A stretch of DNA of 64,000 bases from Chrysemys picta bellii (taxonomy: Eukaryota): NCBI RefSeq assembly GCF_011386835.1, contig NC_088805.1:26970001-27034000 (forward strand), given 5' to 3'. Shown here piece after piece: positions 1-12,505 of the stretch. A program made the translations under genes and the position numbers. How positions within the stretch are numbered: position 1 is the stretch's first letter; every line of letters starts with the position of its first letter. A model generated the notes under the pieces. It made no database searches. It worked only from the letters and a program-made list of their open reading frames with translations, and was not told where the DNA came from.

Positions 1-279
1 TACAAAAGCGTCACAGGACATTACTGAAAAATTGCTGACTTTCTCATTTTTAATATAGAATTATAAAATTGGAATATAAATGTTGTACTTACATTTCAGT
101 GTATAGTATATAGAGCCATATAAATAACTCTTTGCATCAAATGTTAGTTCGTAGTGACTTCACTAGTGCTTTTTATGTAGCCTGTTGAAAAACTAGGCCA
201 GTATCGAGATGAGTTGATGTGCCCCCTGGAAGGCCTCTGCGTACCCTGTCTACACTTACCCCTGGTTGAGAGCCAGTGC
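1..279. mobile_element. Terminal fragment of a hAT-type DNA transposon, truncated by the window edge
   Basis: AT-rich body ending in CCCCTGGTTGAGAGCCAGTG, which resembles the CAGTGGTTCTCAACC-type hAT terminal repeat. Family assigned from memory of sauropsid repeats. Confidence 0.5.
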
Positions 280-284
280 TATAA

Positions 285-383
285 GGTGAAACTCACCCCT
301 GTGGAGAGGCCACACCAGGCTGTGTTGTTCAGCCCTTAGGATATAGTGTGGTGTGATCTCTGCACTGGAATGAACTTCACCCC
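285..383. mobile_element. Small palindromic MITE-like element
   Basis: Imperfect inverted ends: GGTGAAACTCACCCCTGTGGAGAG ... CTCTGCACTGGAATGAACTTCACC. Confidence 0.45.
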
Positions 384-2462
384 CTCAGACGGTTTTACAG
401 TTAATTACTGTTCAGCTTCTATTGTCTCTCGTGACCAAAACTGTAAAACCCAGCCCCATGGCAGCACGTGGTAGGATCGACTGTTGGAATGAGTCAGGCT
501 GAGTTTTGTAGGCATCTTTGACCAAGCTCACTGCGGCGCTGAGAGCTAGGATCCTGCAGCCTTGCTAGCACGTGTCCGTGCATTCTCTGCATCTATTCAT
601 TATGTGAATAACTAGCGCTAACTCGCTCAAAGTTAAGTATACATGGGACTCAATGTAGGAGGGCCACAGCTAACATTTATTTTTAACTTGTTTTAAAAGC
701 ATTTAATTTTAAGAGTTTGACAATCTTGTTCTGGTCAGCAGATTAGTGTCTGTCTGTAAGAATGTTGATGTGATGTTTGGAATGTAACTTGCCATAACAA
801 TAGCAGTGCAGAGTTTGAACCAGCTGTCTTCAGTATAAGGACTTCTTATATGTGCCACCCACTGTAGTACTGGCAACTAGCTTTTCAAATGTGTCTCGTC
901 TCTGGGTGTACTAGTCCGAGGGCCAAGGTGTAAAAAGGGAGCACCACATCTCCCCTACTGATCAGTCCTGTTCCAAGCCATCCAGGGACAGTAGTCTTGA
1001 ATGGATACATCTCATGGGGGTACCACACGTATGTAACTTACAGCAGTTTTAGTTTAACAAACTGTGATCCTTATCTTTGTTACTTCCTTACCACTTACTT
1101 CCAATCTAGAGGATAAAACATCAGCCTGGGAGTTAGTCCAGCCAAGACAGCAGTCAGGTCTTTAGTTACCTTGACCAAGTAATCTAGCCATTTAGCTTTA
1201 GTTTTGCCTTTGGGGATCCTTGATTGAAAGGCACCATGTAAATGCAATGTATTAGAAATATAGCAACTTGGAAGCATCTGTTATATGCAATGATGTATCT
1301 GTGCTCTGAAATTAGTTTATAGGAGAGGGGAGTGAAGCCAGACACTTTGTAGATTAGAGCTGAGTGATGAACTGTTGTAGTTTTCTAACTCCAGGAATCG
1401 GAATTACAGTGCTTAATGTACTTACAACAACACTACCATAGTAGGAAATAATTCCATAAGCAGAAAGACTGCTAACAATTTATTTCTAAGTCTCCCTATG
1501 TATTAAAAATGTACACGAGTTTTTTTGCAGAATTTTATAACAAGTATTATTGGAACAGTGTGATCTCAGGGCAGTAAAGCTTTAAATACTGCACTGTTTG
1601 AATGGAGAAATCCCAAATGATGATGATCACATTTGTTTAGCCTTGCTTGCTAGTGATGAGCGGGAGTGTCAAGAGATGGAGATTAGGGGGCATTACATTT
1701 AAAAGGTTACTGAAGCTCATTTTGGAAACTGCCTTAGAGAAAGAAACACTCTCCCTTTACCCCTTGGTCTTTCTAACTTTGCCTGGTTTGTTGGCTTGGC
1801 AACAGAGCATTCTAGGACATTTGGGGGCGCGAGGTTCTTTAATAGCCTTAAGAGTCTTGAATCCTAGTTTTGTGGAGGCCAAGATTAGTTGAGATAATGG
1901 CTGATGTGAGCCCACAACTTGAAGCTAGGAATCCAGCTAGTTGAGCTGAGGCAAGAGTTTCATAGGTCAGAGTCAGTTGGGGGCTAGAGGGCAAGTACAA
2001 TTGATCACAAGGGACCCTTTTGGCCTTAATCTGTGGCTCATGGGGAATATTAGTGGCCCTATATAATTTGGGGGTAAGGATAATCCTTATTTGCAAGATA
2101 GAAAAGGACCAACAAGTAAAAAATGAGTTGGGAAAAATGTTTATTTTGAAGTTTGTCAGAGGGATTTTACAAACAATGGAGAGCATTTAAAAAAATTAAG
2201 TGATCAAAGTACTCAACAGTGTCCCTTAACTACACGCTAGCCCCTGCACAGAGGAAAAAAAAAAGTCACACCAGCAAGGAGGTCAATACTGCAGGAAGAG
2301 CAGCTGGCATCTGCATAGTTCTAGTAGGAAAGATTGCAATGCTGTTGCTGCTAGTAATTGTCATCCTGGCATTAATATAAGACAGTGCTGAAGTATGTAC
2401 ACTTATACCTGCAGAAAACAAAGTGCATAAAATAACACGCCAAGTAGATATTGTAGAATAAA

Positions 2463-2468
2463 TTTATT
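2463..2468 (-). terminator. ATP2A2: Poly(A) signal (AATAAA) of the SERCA2a distal terminal exon
   Basis: TTTATT on plus is AATAAA on minus, about 750 nt after the 2a stop. It is followed on the minus strand by a U/GU-rich tract (GTGTTATTTTATGCACTTTGTTTT). Confidence 0.65.
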
Positions 2469-2607
2469 TACCTGAAACAATGAAATTAGGTGTGATGCTT
2501 ATTGTCAGCATTGAAATAGACAATTGATCTTCTTAACAACTTCTAAAGGTCACATGCAGTTGTTATAACTGACACTTTTTTAGATAAATGCATCACACAA
2601 ACACTTG

Positions 2608-2615
2608 TATTGCAC
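2608..2615 (-). promoter_or_regulatory. miR-25/92-family 8mer site (GUGCAAUA) in the SERCA2a 3'UTR, distal copy
   Basis: Plus-strand TATTGCAC reads GUGCAAUA in the mRNA, complementary to seed AUUGCAC plus an A1 anchor. Confidence 0.6.
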
Positions 2616-3010
2616 CAACATCTGTCTACTGCTTTAGATTTAATTAAATAAGTTACATTAGTGCAAGAGAGGTATCTTTGCACACAAAAAATAAAAAATC
2701 TGAAGTTATGAACCGGAGGCTTACAGTTTAAACATTCAACATCTGTATTTTTTTACTGAATTTATAAATAGTATAGCATATTGTACATAGCTGTTCATAA
2801 AGTAGTATGTTTAGATGATACAATACAGAAAGATTTGGCTACTTACAACTGAAGGCATGCATTAGTCTATTATACATTTTATACAGAGAAATATGGAAAC
2901 TTGGCTGACAGCTCCTTAATTTTGGCCTAATGTTTAAGAATAAACAGTCTTCTCCATGCAGCAAAGAAACCAAACTTCTCTGGAGATTTTTTTCCTGATT
3001 CGTTAAGCTA

Positions 3011-3018
3011 TATTGCAC
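3011..3018 (-). promoter_or_regulatory. miR-25/92-family 8mer site (GUGCAAUA) in the SERCA2a 3'UTR, proximal copy
   Basis: Second TATTGCAC on plus, about 200 nt downstream of the 2a stop codon. Confidence 0.6.
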
Positions 3019-3214
3019 ATTTGTACATTTGTATAACTGAAGCCCTAATGGTACCACACACTTCCTCCACAGAGCACACAATGAGTTTTGTTTTAGGAAA
3101 AGCAGGTTTTTGTTTTTTTACATGATACATGCAGAGGTTTTGCCAGATGTGTTGCTAAGACACATGCACGCAACAAAACAACCTTACATTTCTGCAAAAT
3201 TGTTTAGGAAGTGA

Positions 3215-3228
3215 TTACTCCAGCAATG
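3215..3228 (-). CDS. ATP2A2: ATP2A2 SERCA2a-specific terminal coding exon (G|CA TTG CTG GAG TAA = ALLE*)
   Basis: Acceptor CTTTCCTTTTCAG|CATTGCTGGAGTAA. The 14 coding nt complete the phase-1 codon from the exon-20 internal donor and match the mammalian 2a tail AILE*. Confidence 0.9.
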
Positions 3229-3810
3229 CTGAAAAGGAAAGAAAAAGGCATCAGTTAGTGAAAGGATGAATAATGCTATATCATTATAAAAGCAAGACTT
3301 GTAAGATCAATAGTGAGAGAAGAGAGAATGTTAAGTTGGATAACTGATGTTTTAATTGAAAGGACACTGTCAGGTTTAAAATACCTGAGCTTAAACACCG
3401 TGAGTGAAATCCTGCCCTTATTGAAATCACCAAAAGATTGAAGGTGAAAGAGTTAAAACCTAATTTCCTTTCATGTAGTTTTGCATTTCTCTGTCTGGCC
3501 AATGGAAATAGACAAGGCTCTTTTCACTTTCAGGTTCTTATGCACTGACTTAAGGTTTTAATATTTGAACTAACCCCTGCATGAATTTTAAAAAGTTTAA
3601 AAAAAAATTGTCATGGAAGTGTCTCTAAAAAAAAAAAAATAATAATTTCAGAAAGTTGCTAAAGTAAGTTTTGGCTCAAAGTTGACCTAAGTGTCCCTTG
3701 AATTATCCAGGTTATGCAACTAATTCTGGGAAAAGTCATTAAACTATATAGATAAGAGGGTTTGTAATAAAATGACTACTTTACCCTGTATTTAAGGATA
3801 AAAAACAATA

Positions 3811-3880
3811 TACACCTCTACCCCGATAACACACTGTCCTCGGGAGCCAAAAAATCTTACCGCGTTATATCGGAGGTGTA
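3811..3880. mobile_element. Internally deleted Tc1/mariner (Tigger-like) MITE with flanking TA
   Basis: TA-CACCTCTACCCCGATAAC ... CGCGTTATATCGGAGGTG-TA; related inverted ends with TA on both sides. Confidence 0.6.
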
Positions 3881-5290
3881 CTCTAATTCCCTACAGAGTT
3901 CTTAGGACTGCACTGTAAAACACTGCACTTAGCCCCTGTACATTGTAGGCTATGCTGCTGAGATTTTTCAGAGTATGCTTAATATTAATGCAATTAAAGC
4001 TGTGATTAGCAGAGATTAGGGAAACAATGGTTAGAAGTGCAAAAGGTAAATGAGACTAGTGCAAGAGAAACAGACAATTTTGTATCAGATTTACCTCTTT
4101 CCCCCTCCCATCTCAGCAAATTCCATCATCCTTCCTGTTTGAGCTGTTTTCTATTATATTCCACTTATCAGCTGTGTTCTTGGAAGAAGCTAGAGGCCTG
4201 CTGTACTGCATTTTATCACCATCAATTAAAACCTCATTTTCTTACATTTAAATGTTTATGAAACAGCCTTCCCACAAACATTAGCCATATAGCAATTGTA
4301 TAGAATGGAATTGTTTTATACAGTATCTTTCATATTTGGTCTCCTGAAGTGTTATCTAAAGTAATCAGATACCATTCATCTTCCATTTGTGTAGGTAAAA
4401 TGGAGCCGCCATTTAAATATGGCTCAGGAATAGCTCTTTGGATAGCAGATATTATTGAGAGGAAATAGCGACAAGAGTCCACGCTATCAAGACATCCGAG
4501 TAGCCCTAGACTAGATGCATCCGAACAAGTTACTTCACCAGCATCTTCCCTCCAGCTAGAAGCAACATTAGGTAAGATTTTCAGCATCCCACACAGGGTG
4601 CTCTTGTCCCAACCAAAGGGGATGCTTTCAGATTTTGACAAACTTTTTTCCAGCATAAGCCTTAGAAAGGCACCTCTTTCATCCAGCTCTCTTTCACCTG
4701 GCCTGCTACAAACAGAGGTTCCCCTATGCTGCTCGTGCATCAGGGATCCAAAAGATTAAGATTACCAAAGGAGAGCAGTAAGGAACCCAGGGTGCAATGG
4801 AGAAAGCTCAGAAGTGTGGAAAGGAAAATGGAAGCAGAGTCAAAAGGCACAGAAGTGTTCAAAGAAACACTGGTGCAGAGTCTGGAAAGGAGAAATGCAA
4901 GTTACTTTGCAGCTAATTACTAACAAGCTTCAACAAGATATTTGTCCATGGGATTATGAAGTAGGCTAAATGGATCCCTTATGAGTGAACACTTCACAGA
5001 CCTGTGCATATTTCCTTCCCTCTCCCCTCTACAAAATCTACCAAGTTTGGTTAGAAAGAATGTGGAAATTTCTCTTTTAGAAAAATAAACATGCAGTTGA
5101 CCCACATAATTGGGACTCAAAAGGAATTCTTCTAATATGAAAGTTTACATTTTGGCAAGAAATTCTACTTTCTTAGAACTAATGCAACTTTGTTTTGCTC
5201 AAGCTATTCCTTTGTGGTTGTCAGAACCCTTTCCATGTCTCATCCTTTTGACTAGAGACAAGATCCAAGCATATCAATGCTGTTTTTTAG

Positions 5291-6822
5291 TAGGGCTGTC
5301 AATTAATCACAGTTAACTCAATTATTGTGATTAAAACATTGATTAATCACACTTAATTGCACTGTTAAACAATAGAATACCAATTGAAATTTATTAAACA
5401 TTGTGGATGTTTTTCTACATTTTCAAAGTGTAGTGTACAGTGCTCACTTTATATTTTTATTTTATTACAAAGATTTGCACTATAAAAATGAAACAAAAGA
5501 TAGTATTTTTCAATTCACCTCATACAAGTACTGTAGTGCAGTCTTTATTGTGAAAGTACAATTTACAAATGTAGATTTGTTACATAACTGCACTCAAAAC
5601 CAAAACAATGTAAAACTTTAGAGCCTATTTCTTGTTCAGCAATCACTAAGACAAGCTTGTTTACATTTATAGGACAGAATGCTGCTGTCGTCTTATTTAC
5701 AATGTCACCTGAAAGTGAGAATAGGCATTCACATGGCACTTTTGTAACTGGCATTGCAAGGTATTTATGTGCCAAACGTTCATATGCCCTTCATGCTTTG
5801 GCCACCATTCCAGAGGACATGCTTCCATGCTGATGATACTCGTTTACAAAAAAAGTGTGTTAATTAAATGTGACTGAACTCCTTGGGGGATAATTGTACT
5901 TCTCCTGTTCTGTTTTACCTGCATTCTGCTATATATTTCATGTTCTAGTAGTCTCGGATGATGACCCAGCACATGTTCGTTTTAAGAACAATTTCACTGC
6001 AGATTTGACAAAATGCAAAGAAGGTACCAATGTGAGATTTCTAAAGACAGCACTCAACCCAAGGTTTAAGAATCTGAAGTGCCTTCCAAAATCTGAGAGA
6101 CACGAGGTGTGGAGCATGCTTTCAGAAGTCTTAAAAGAGCAACACTCCAATGTGGAAACTACAGGATCAAACTACCAAAAAAGATGCTGGTGGCATCTGA
6201 CTCATGTGGAAAATGAATATGCATTGGTCTGCACTGCTTTCAATTTTTATTGAGCAGAACTGGTCATCAGCATGGATGCATGTCCCCTGGAATGGTAGTT
6301 GAAGCATGAAGGGACATACAAATCTTTAGTGCATCTGGCACAAAAATATCTTGCAACGCCAGTTACAACAGTGTCATGAGAATGCCTGTTCTCACTTTCA
6401 GGTGACATTGTGAACAAAAATCAGGCAGCATTATCTCCTGCAAATGTAACCAAACTGGTTTGAGCGATTGCCTGATCAAGTAGAACTGAGTGGACTTGTA
6501 GGTGCTAAACTTTTACTTTTTTATTTTTGAATGCAGTTATTTTTTTGTACATAATTCTACCTTTGTAAGTTGCACTTTCATGATAAAGAGATTGCACTAC
6601 AGTACTTGTATGAGGTGAATTGAAAAATACTATTTTTTTACTGTGCAAATATTTGTAATACAAATAATATAAAGTGAGCACTGTACACTTTGTATTCTGT
6701 GTGGTAATTCAAATCAATATAATGTAGGAAACATCCAAAAAATATTTAAATAATGGTATTCTTTTGTTGTGTGACAGTGCGCTTAATCGTGATTAATTTT
6801 TTTAAATCACTGGACGGCCCTA
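5291..6822. mobile_element. Foldback hAT (ZBED1/Ac-like) transposon relic with about 550-bp inverted arms
   Basis: Ends TAGGGCTGTC ... GACGGCCCTA. Transposase remnants TALNPRFKNLKCLPKSER (plus, ORF 5894-6253) and a hATC dimerisation motif KYLAMPVTKVPCECLFSLSGDIV (minus, ORF 5563-5775), with a second copy of that motif on plus near 6330-6460. Confidence 0.85.
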
Positions 6823-8791
6823 CTTTAATTAGCTAGAGAGGAATACTGTAGTCTCACAAGTCCCTCCTTTCTTCCTCACTGATTCCTTATGCTACTTTTG
6901 CTCCCTCTGTAACACTTGCAAAGGGAAATTGGGCGGCCAGCAGACCAAGATAGTTCACTATGGTATCCTAACGTCTCCCTTTCTAATTCAGCATTCAAGC
7001 GGCTTTGAGCCATCCTAACTTTTGAGCAGCCTCTTACTGACACAAGATATCTTAAAGATTAAGTTGGGCATTGTCAAGTGTGGATTAAGGAAGCATTCTC
7101 AAAATTGAAGCCCAGGGTCAGAGGCTGTAGAGCACAAACAATAGCTCCCTGTTGGGCATCTGCTTAAGCTGGCTCACTCAGGAGCATGAAGGCAAACATT
7201 CATCCAGCAGAAGAATCAGTCTGATGGACCTTGAAGCTTGGCAGACCTAGGCCTCAGGCAGCTTAAGTCCCTCTCTGGTGACAACTCTTGGAAGGATAGA
7301 GGGTAAGATTCCTTAGGCTTTAATAATAGCAGCTGCCTTTGAAATAGCAGAGATGGGATAGAATCTGCACTTGCTTCAAGTTACATTTTTCACAATTAAT
7401 GCTTACTCATTTAACTGGTAGAGTGTGCTTTCGTGCTCCAACTTTAGATGATGCCCCTAACAATTATATTGCTAGAGCATAGAACCTCAGGTTTAAAGAA
7501 AAAGTTGAAGTCAACCCAGGTTTTTCCTCCTCTGTTCAGCCTGCTCCACCCCACAATCCAGATTTCCTACCTTCACCCTTAGGTGCCCAGTTTACATTCT
7601 GCTCTCTGTGCAGGAGCAGGGTTGCACACTGCTTCTAAAATCATGCAAGGAGGTCATTGGAGATGCATGAAACTCCCTTAAGATGGTGGGCAGTCTGCTT
7701 CAGAAACAGAAGCTTCCCCTCCCCACCCCCCAGAAAACCCAACACCACAACCCCCACCAACCAACCTTTCAAAATCCTTGGTTTTGAAATGGACAATCTT
7801 TGAAACCCTTAAAGTGTTCACTGTTGGTGCACTATTTAAATTCACAATGTTTAAAGGAAAAAGGCAAGTTTTGCTATTATCTAAATATTAAAGATGCTGA
7901 CACTACAGAAAACCTTAAATGTTATCTCCCCCCCCCAAAAAAGCCCCCCAACACCACCCCTCCCCACATGTAAACCTCAAATGGATTTGGTTTTAAGTGA
8001 CCAGAACAATTTAATGGCCTATTAACTTCTGTAAAAGCCAGTCATGTCCTCAGAGGATGGTTTGGTGAAATAGATGGAAAAGTTGTCCCAAAAGCAAATA
8101 AATTTTGTATCAATAGTATTCCTGAAGTTACACACACACAACCCACTGCCACTGGCTTGTACTTAAAATGCTTGGATTGTATGTGCCCCTTGTTCCAGGA
8201 TTTGTGGATCTGACATTCCAAAGGTTGAACACCTATAGCTCCCCCTGAAGCTCTGGGTGCAGATAACATTTCTGGAAACAGGCCCTATCTTTATAACTAA
8301 ATACCTTTATAACATTAAGTTAAACTTTAGCAAATGGGGTTAATTAATTGTAATTTTAATTATAAGGCAGTCCAGATTAGTGGTTTTAGTGACAGTGTGC
8401 GTCCTAAAGGCCTAATCCAGAGAAGATCATCTGTTATATTAGGGAAATTGCTGTGGAAAACTGTTCCCTGTCTTCCAAGAAGCAGGTACTCCCTTCTGAA
8501 TTGTGAATGCTGATAAGGCATTCTAAGTTTACACTGCCCCATGGATGTAGTTGTAAATCACTAGTTCTTGGGAAGGATGTGCATCTCGCTGCAAGGAGAG
8601 ATCCTTCCATCAGCCACACTAACGGCATTCAGCACAATACTAAAAAGTACATTAGTTAAGTGTTCAGGGACTTGTACTCTCCTACCAGATGACACTGATC
8701 TGATGAAACACCCCACAGTGAGCCACTCACACTAAATAGAAGAGGCTTTGCTGGCACACTAGTACTATTTCAAACAGGACTACATTATTGC

Positions 8792-9580
8792 TAAGGCCCT
8801 ACCAAATTCATGGTCCATTTTGGTCAATTTCATGATCATAGGCTTTTAAAAATCTTAAATTTAATTTCAGCTGTAGATCCTGACCCAAAAGGAGTTGTAA
8901 GGGGGGGGGGGGGGGAAGAGGGCACAAGGTTATTGTAGGGGGTTTGTAGTACTCCTACCCTTACTTCTGCACTACTGCTGGCAGCAGTGCTGCCTTCAGA
9001 GCTGGGCAGCTGGAGAGTGGTAGCTGCTGACTGGAAGCCCAGCTCTGAAGGCAGAGCTGTTGCCAGCAGCAGTGCAGAAGGATGGCATGGCATGGCATGG
9101 CATGGCCCCCTTTGAAGGCCCAGCTCTGCAGGAAGTAGCGCAAAAGTAAAGGTGGCAATACCCTACCAGGCCATCCTTACTTCTGCGCTGCTGCTGGCCA
9201 TGGCTCTGCCTTCGGAGCTGGGCTCCCAGTCAGCAGCCGCCCAGCTCTGAAGGCAGCTGTGCAGAAGGGTGGTGTGGTATAGTATTTGTCACCTTTACTT
9301 CTGTGCTGCTGGTGGGGCGCTGCTTCAGAGCTGGGTGCCCAGCTCTGAAGGCAGCAGCGCAGAAGTAAGGGTGGCAATACCATGACCCCCCTAAAATAAC
9401 CTTGCAACCCCCCTGAAACTCCTTTTTGGGTCAGGACATCCAATTTGAGACACACGGGTCTCTCCCTGTGAAATTTGTACAGCATGGGGTAAAAGCACAC
9501 TAAGGATCCGATTTCACAGGGAGAGACTAGATTTCATGGTCGTGACGTGTTTTTCAAGGTGGGGAGTTTGGAAGGCCCTA
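8792..9580. mobile_element. Non-autonomous hAT-type element with internal CTGCCTTCAGAGCTGGG repeats
   Basis: Inverted ends TAAGGCCCTACCAAATTC ... GAGTTTGGAAGGCCCTA. Internal GAAGGCAG/CTGCCTTCAGAGCTGGG motifs recur in both orientations; (ATGGC)n tract near 9081-9104. Confidence 0.7.
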
Positions 9581-9613
9581 ATCATTGCGTGCTAGGAAAG
9601 CTTGAGGGTGTCA

Positions 9614-9706
9614 ACATGATCTACACTGGCAGCTAAGAGTAACAGTACACAGTGCTCTGCAATTTACACCCTCTGATGCACATTGCCACACTGTGTAGAC
9701 AAGCCC
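9614..9706. mobile_element. Decayed PIF/Harbinger-type MITE
   Basis: Ends ATCTACACT ... GTGTAGACAAGCCC, the same terminal motif as the elements at 18762-19370. Confidence 0.45.
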
Positions 9707-10540
9707 TTGGTCTGCATATAGGAGGGACAACAACTAGTTGGGACTCATGTGCTGTGATTTCAGAGTGGTTTTATTTTATATTTATTGTATTTTGGGGGCA
9801 TTTAAGCTTCTGCATCTGAAACCAGGTGAAAGCATGGAACCTACATTATCCATGCCCTTCTGGAGCAGCTCAGAGTTCTTTGGTGCCTTTAATTGATCAG
9901 TTACCTTCAGCAAAGTAAGTTGAAAAGTAGTGGCCCAACTGCTATTAAACAGATTTAAACCAACACACCATCAGCCATTTGACAAAGCCACTATGCCCCC
10001 AGTGCTGCTCTCAAAAGCTCTGCACTGATCTGGCTGAGGTGAACAGGAATGTTCCTTTTTGTCTTTTCACATGAACATTGTACAAAGAAAGCGTTTCCAT
10101 TCAATGGAAACAATGGATTGTTCTGTTACACAGTGAGCACTCTAGGTACCTGAGAACATAATTGGAATGGATACAGTCAGCTGGGAAGCAGCATTTCACA
10201 TTTTCTATGGTGGGTGTATGTCTTCAGAATAAAGCAATGTCTGATCATAAGCATCAATATATTTTGCATTAATGCTTGGGTATCAAATTCAGGAGCAGCT
10301 GTCAATGGGTTTGAAAAAGCTTACAGTTGACTTGACCCAAGTGTGGGGTAAAGTTGGGCAAGATCTCTAATTTCTTGCTGCACTGAAGCTGCTGGTCCCA
10401 AAAAGAACTGATCCTGAATGTAAAGCAATTTGCTTCAATAATTTGGGCTTCATACTATAGGATGCATAGTCTAAAATGGTGATAATAATGTAGCACAGCA
10501 GAGGCTGACAAGACACAGCATGGAATGAAAGAAATTACTA

Positions 10541-10546
10541 TTTATT
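10541..10546 (-). terminator. ATP2A2: Candidate poly(A) signal for the SERCA2b 3'UTR
   Basis: First canonical minus-strand AATAAA I found after the 2b stop (about 1.37 kb downstream), followed by GU-rich GCTGTGTCTTGTC. The actual cleavage site is not verified. Confidence 0.5.
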
Positions 10547-11911
10547 CTTTGACATGTATACAGCATATGCCATTTTACAGCAAGTCACCACTGGGATGGT
10601 GAAATGGAAGAGAAATACTCACTTTAGTCGATGAACGTTGGAAGGCATTGGAGAAAAACACCACAGTTAGGACTGTTAATGACTTACACATTGTTGATAC
10701 AGGACTGAATTTGAAAACATGCTCTAACATTTATCATAATATAATGAAGGTGGTTAGTGCCACATTAAAATAAAAATAGTTCTATACAATATGTTCATTT
10801 GGTCATGTGCTATTTACAGATTTTACAAAAACACACACGAGCTTGTTATTTCTCTAAGTCAAGCTAGAACAAGGCCAGCAGAGTAACTCATAAAATGTGT
10901 AACTGATCAGTGCCCCAACTAAAAGTGTAAGAAATCCAATTTCTAACTATGCAGTGCAAGTTATTTTTTCCAGGTCACATTACAAAAGCCTTGATCTAAG
11001 ACTGAAAAACATCTGACACACGTAAATAAGGTATTAAAAACGGAACTTAAGCCATCTTTTAGAGTTAAAAAAAAAAAGAAATAGAATTTTCTTTGTCCAT
11101 TTAAAAGTTTAAGCTAGACTGAAGTAGTGCCCCCTCTCCCCCAGTAAAGTGGGCAACACTGGCAAAACAAGGTTTGTTATAATAAAATACATTAGACATT
11201 TAAATAAATAACCTTAAAATACTACGTGTGTTGAAGGGATGACAGAAGAACCCAGCAGGTTCCACCTGGAATTATGTTTTCTGCACAAGCATGACTAGGC
11301 ATACTCTACCTCTTACAAAGACTGGGAGAAACAAGACAGTCAGGAACCTAAGATGAGGGGGCATAAGGAGGGACAAACAAAACAAAACAAAAAAACCACT
11401 GACTGAGGTAGCAGTACTCTCTGCCCAGTGCAGAAAAATCGGCTTATGAATAAAAAATAAACTGATATCAACTTAAGTTCAGATGATCATGCAAGAGACA
11501 GACAGTTGCATGCTTTTTTAGTTTTAGAAAACACATTCATTCCCTAAAATCTGCTACCAATTTAGTTTGATAGTGTCTGCTGGCTCAAAAAAAAAGTTTT
11601 GTTTTGTTTTTTTACAAGGATGAATAGACTATTAAACAGAACACTGTACATGCTTTTCATCTACAAAAAAATATTTGCATAAAATAGTGTTAGTTCTCTG
11701 TACATGTCAATGGACACTTTAGTTGTGTATAAAAGAGGAAAATATTGCCCCCACTGGAGTCAGAAAAAGCAAAACACAAAATCTAGAGTATGAAACCTCC
11801 ATCACCGGCAAATATGTTCATGTGAAAATTCAGCAGAAATCGACAGTTGCTTTAAACAATAAAAAAATTGATTAAGTTAAACATCTTTATGTAAAAGCAT
11901 CACTCTGTCAG

Positions 11912-12202
<291 letters not shown>

Positions 12203-12277
12203 TTAAATCCTTTTATTTATACACACAAAATAAATAAATAAAACTCTGTTTTTTCTTCTTTGAAATTTAAGGTATTA

Positions 12278-12505
<228 letters not shown>

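Noticed and set aside
940-2190. Possible LTR-retroelement relic downstream of the gene: PNYIGP-like words near 2050 and a PPT-like AGGGGAGA|TGTGG near 948, both on minus
   Set aside because: Only two short motifs, with no paired LTRs or continuous pol homology visible. It needs a tblastn or RepeatMasker search.
1-2400. 3' end of a convergent neighbouring gene (ANAPC7 is the neighbour in mammals)
   Set aside because: No coding exon or recognisable homology was seen in this interval.
4330-4740. 136-aa minus-strand ORF
   Set aside because: No recognisable domain and no splice context; it lies inside the 2a alternative intron. Probably chance or an unrecognisably decayed repeat.
3229-11911. SERCA2c-like cassette exon or a neuronal second donor in the 2b UTR (for example TGT|GTAAGT at 10687)
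   Set aside because: No exon encoding a 2c-like tail was recognised, and isolated donor-like hexamers cannot be supported without RNA-seq junctions.
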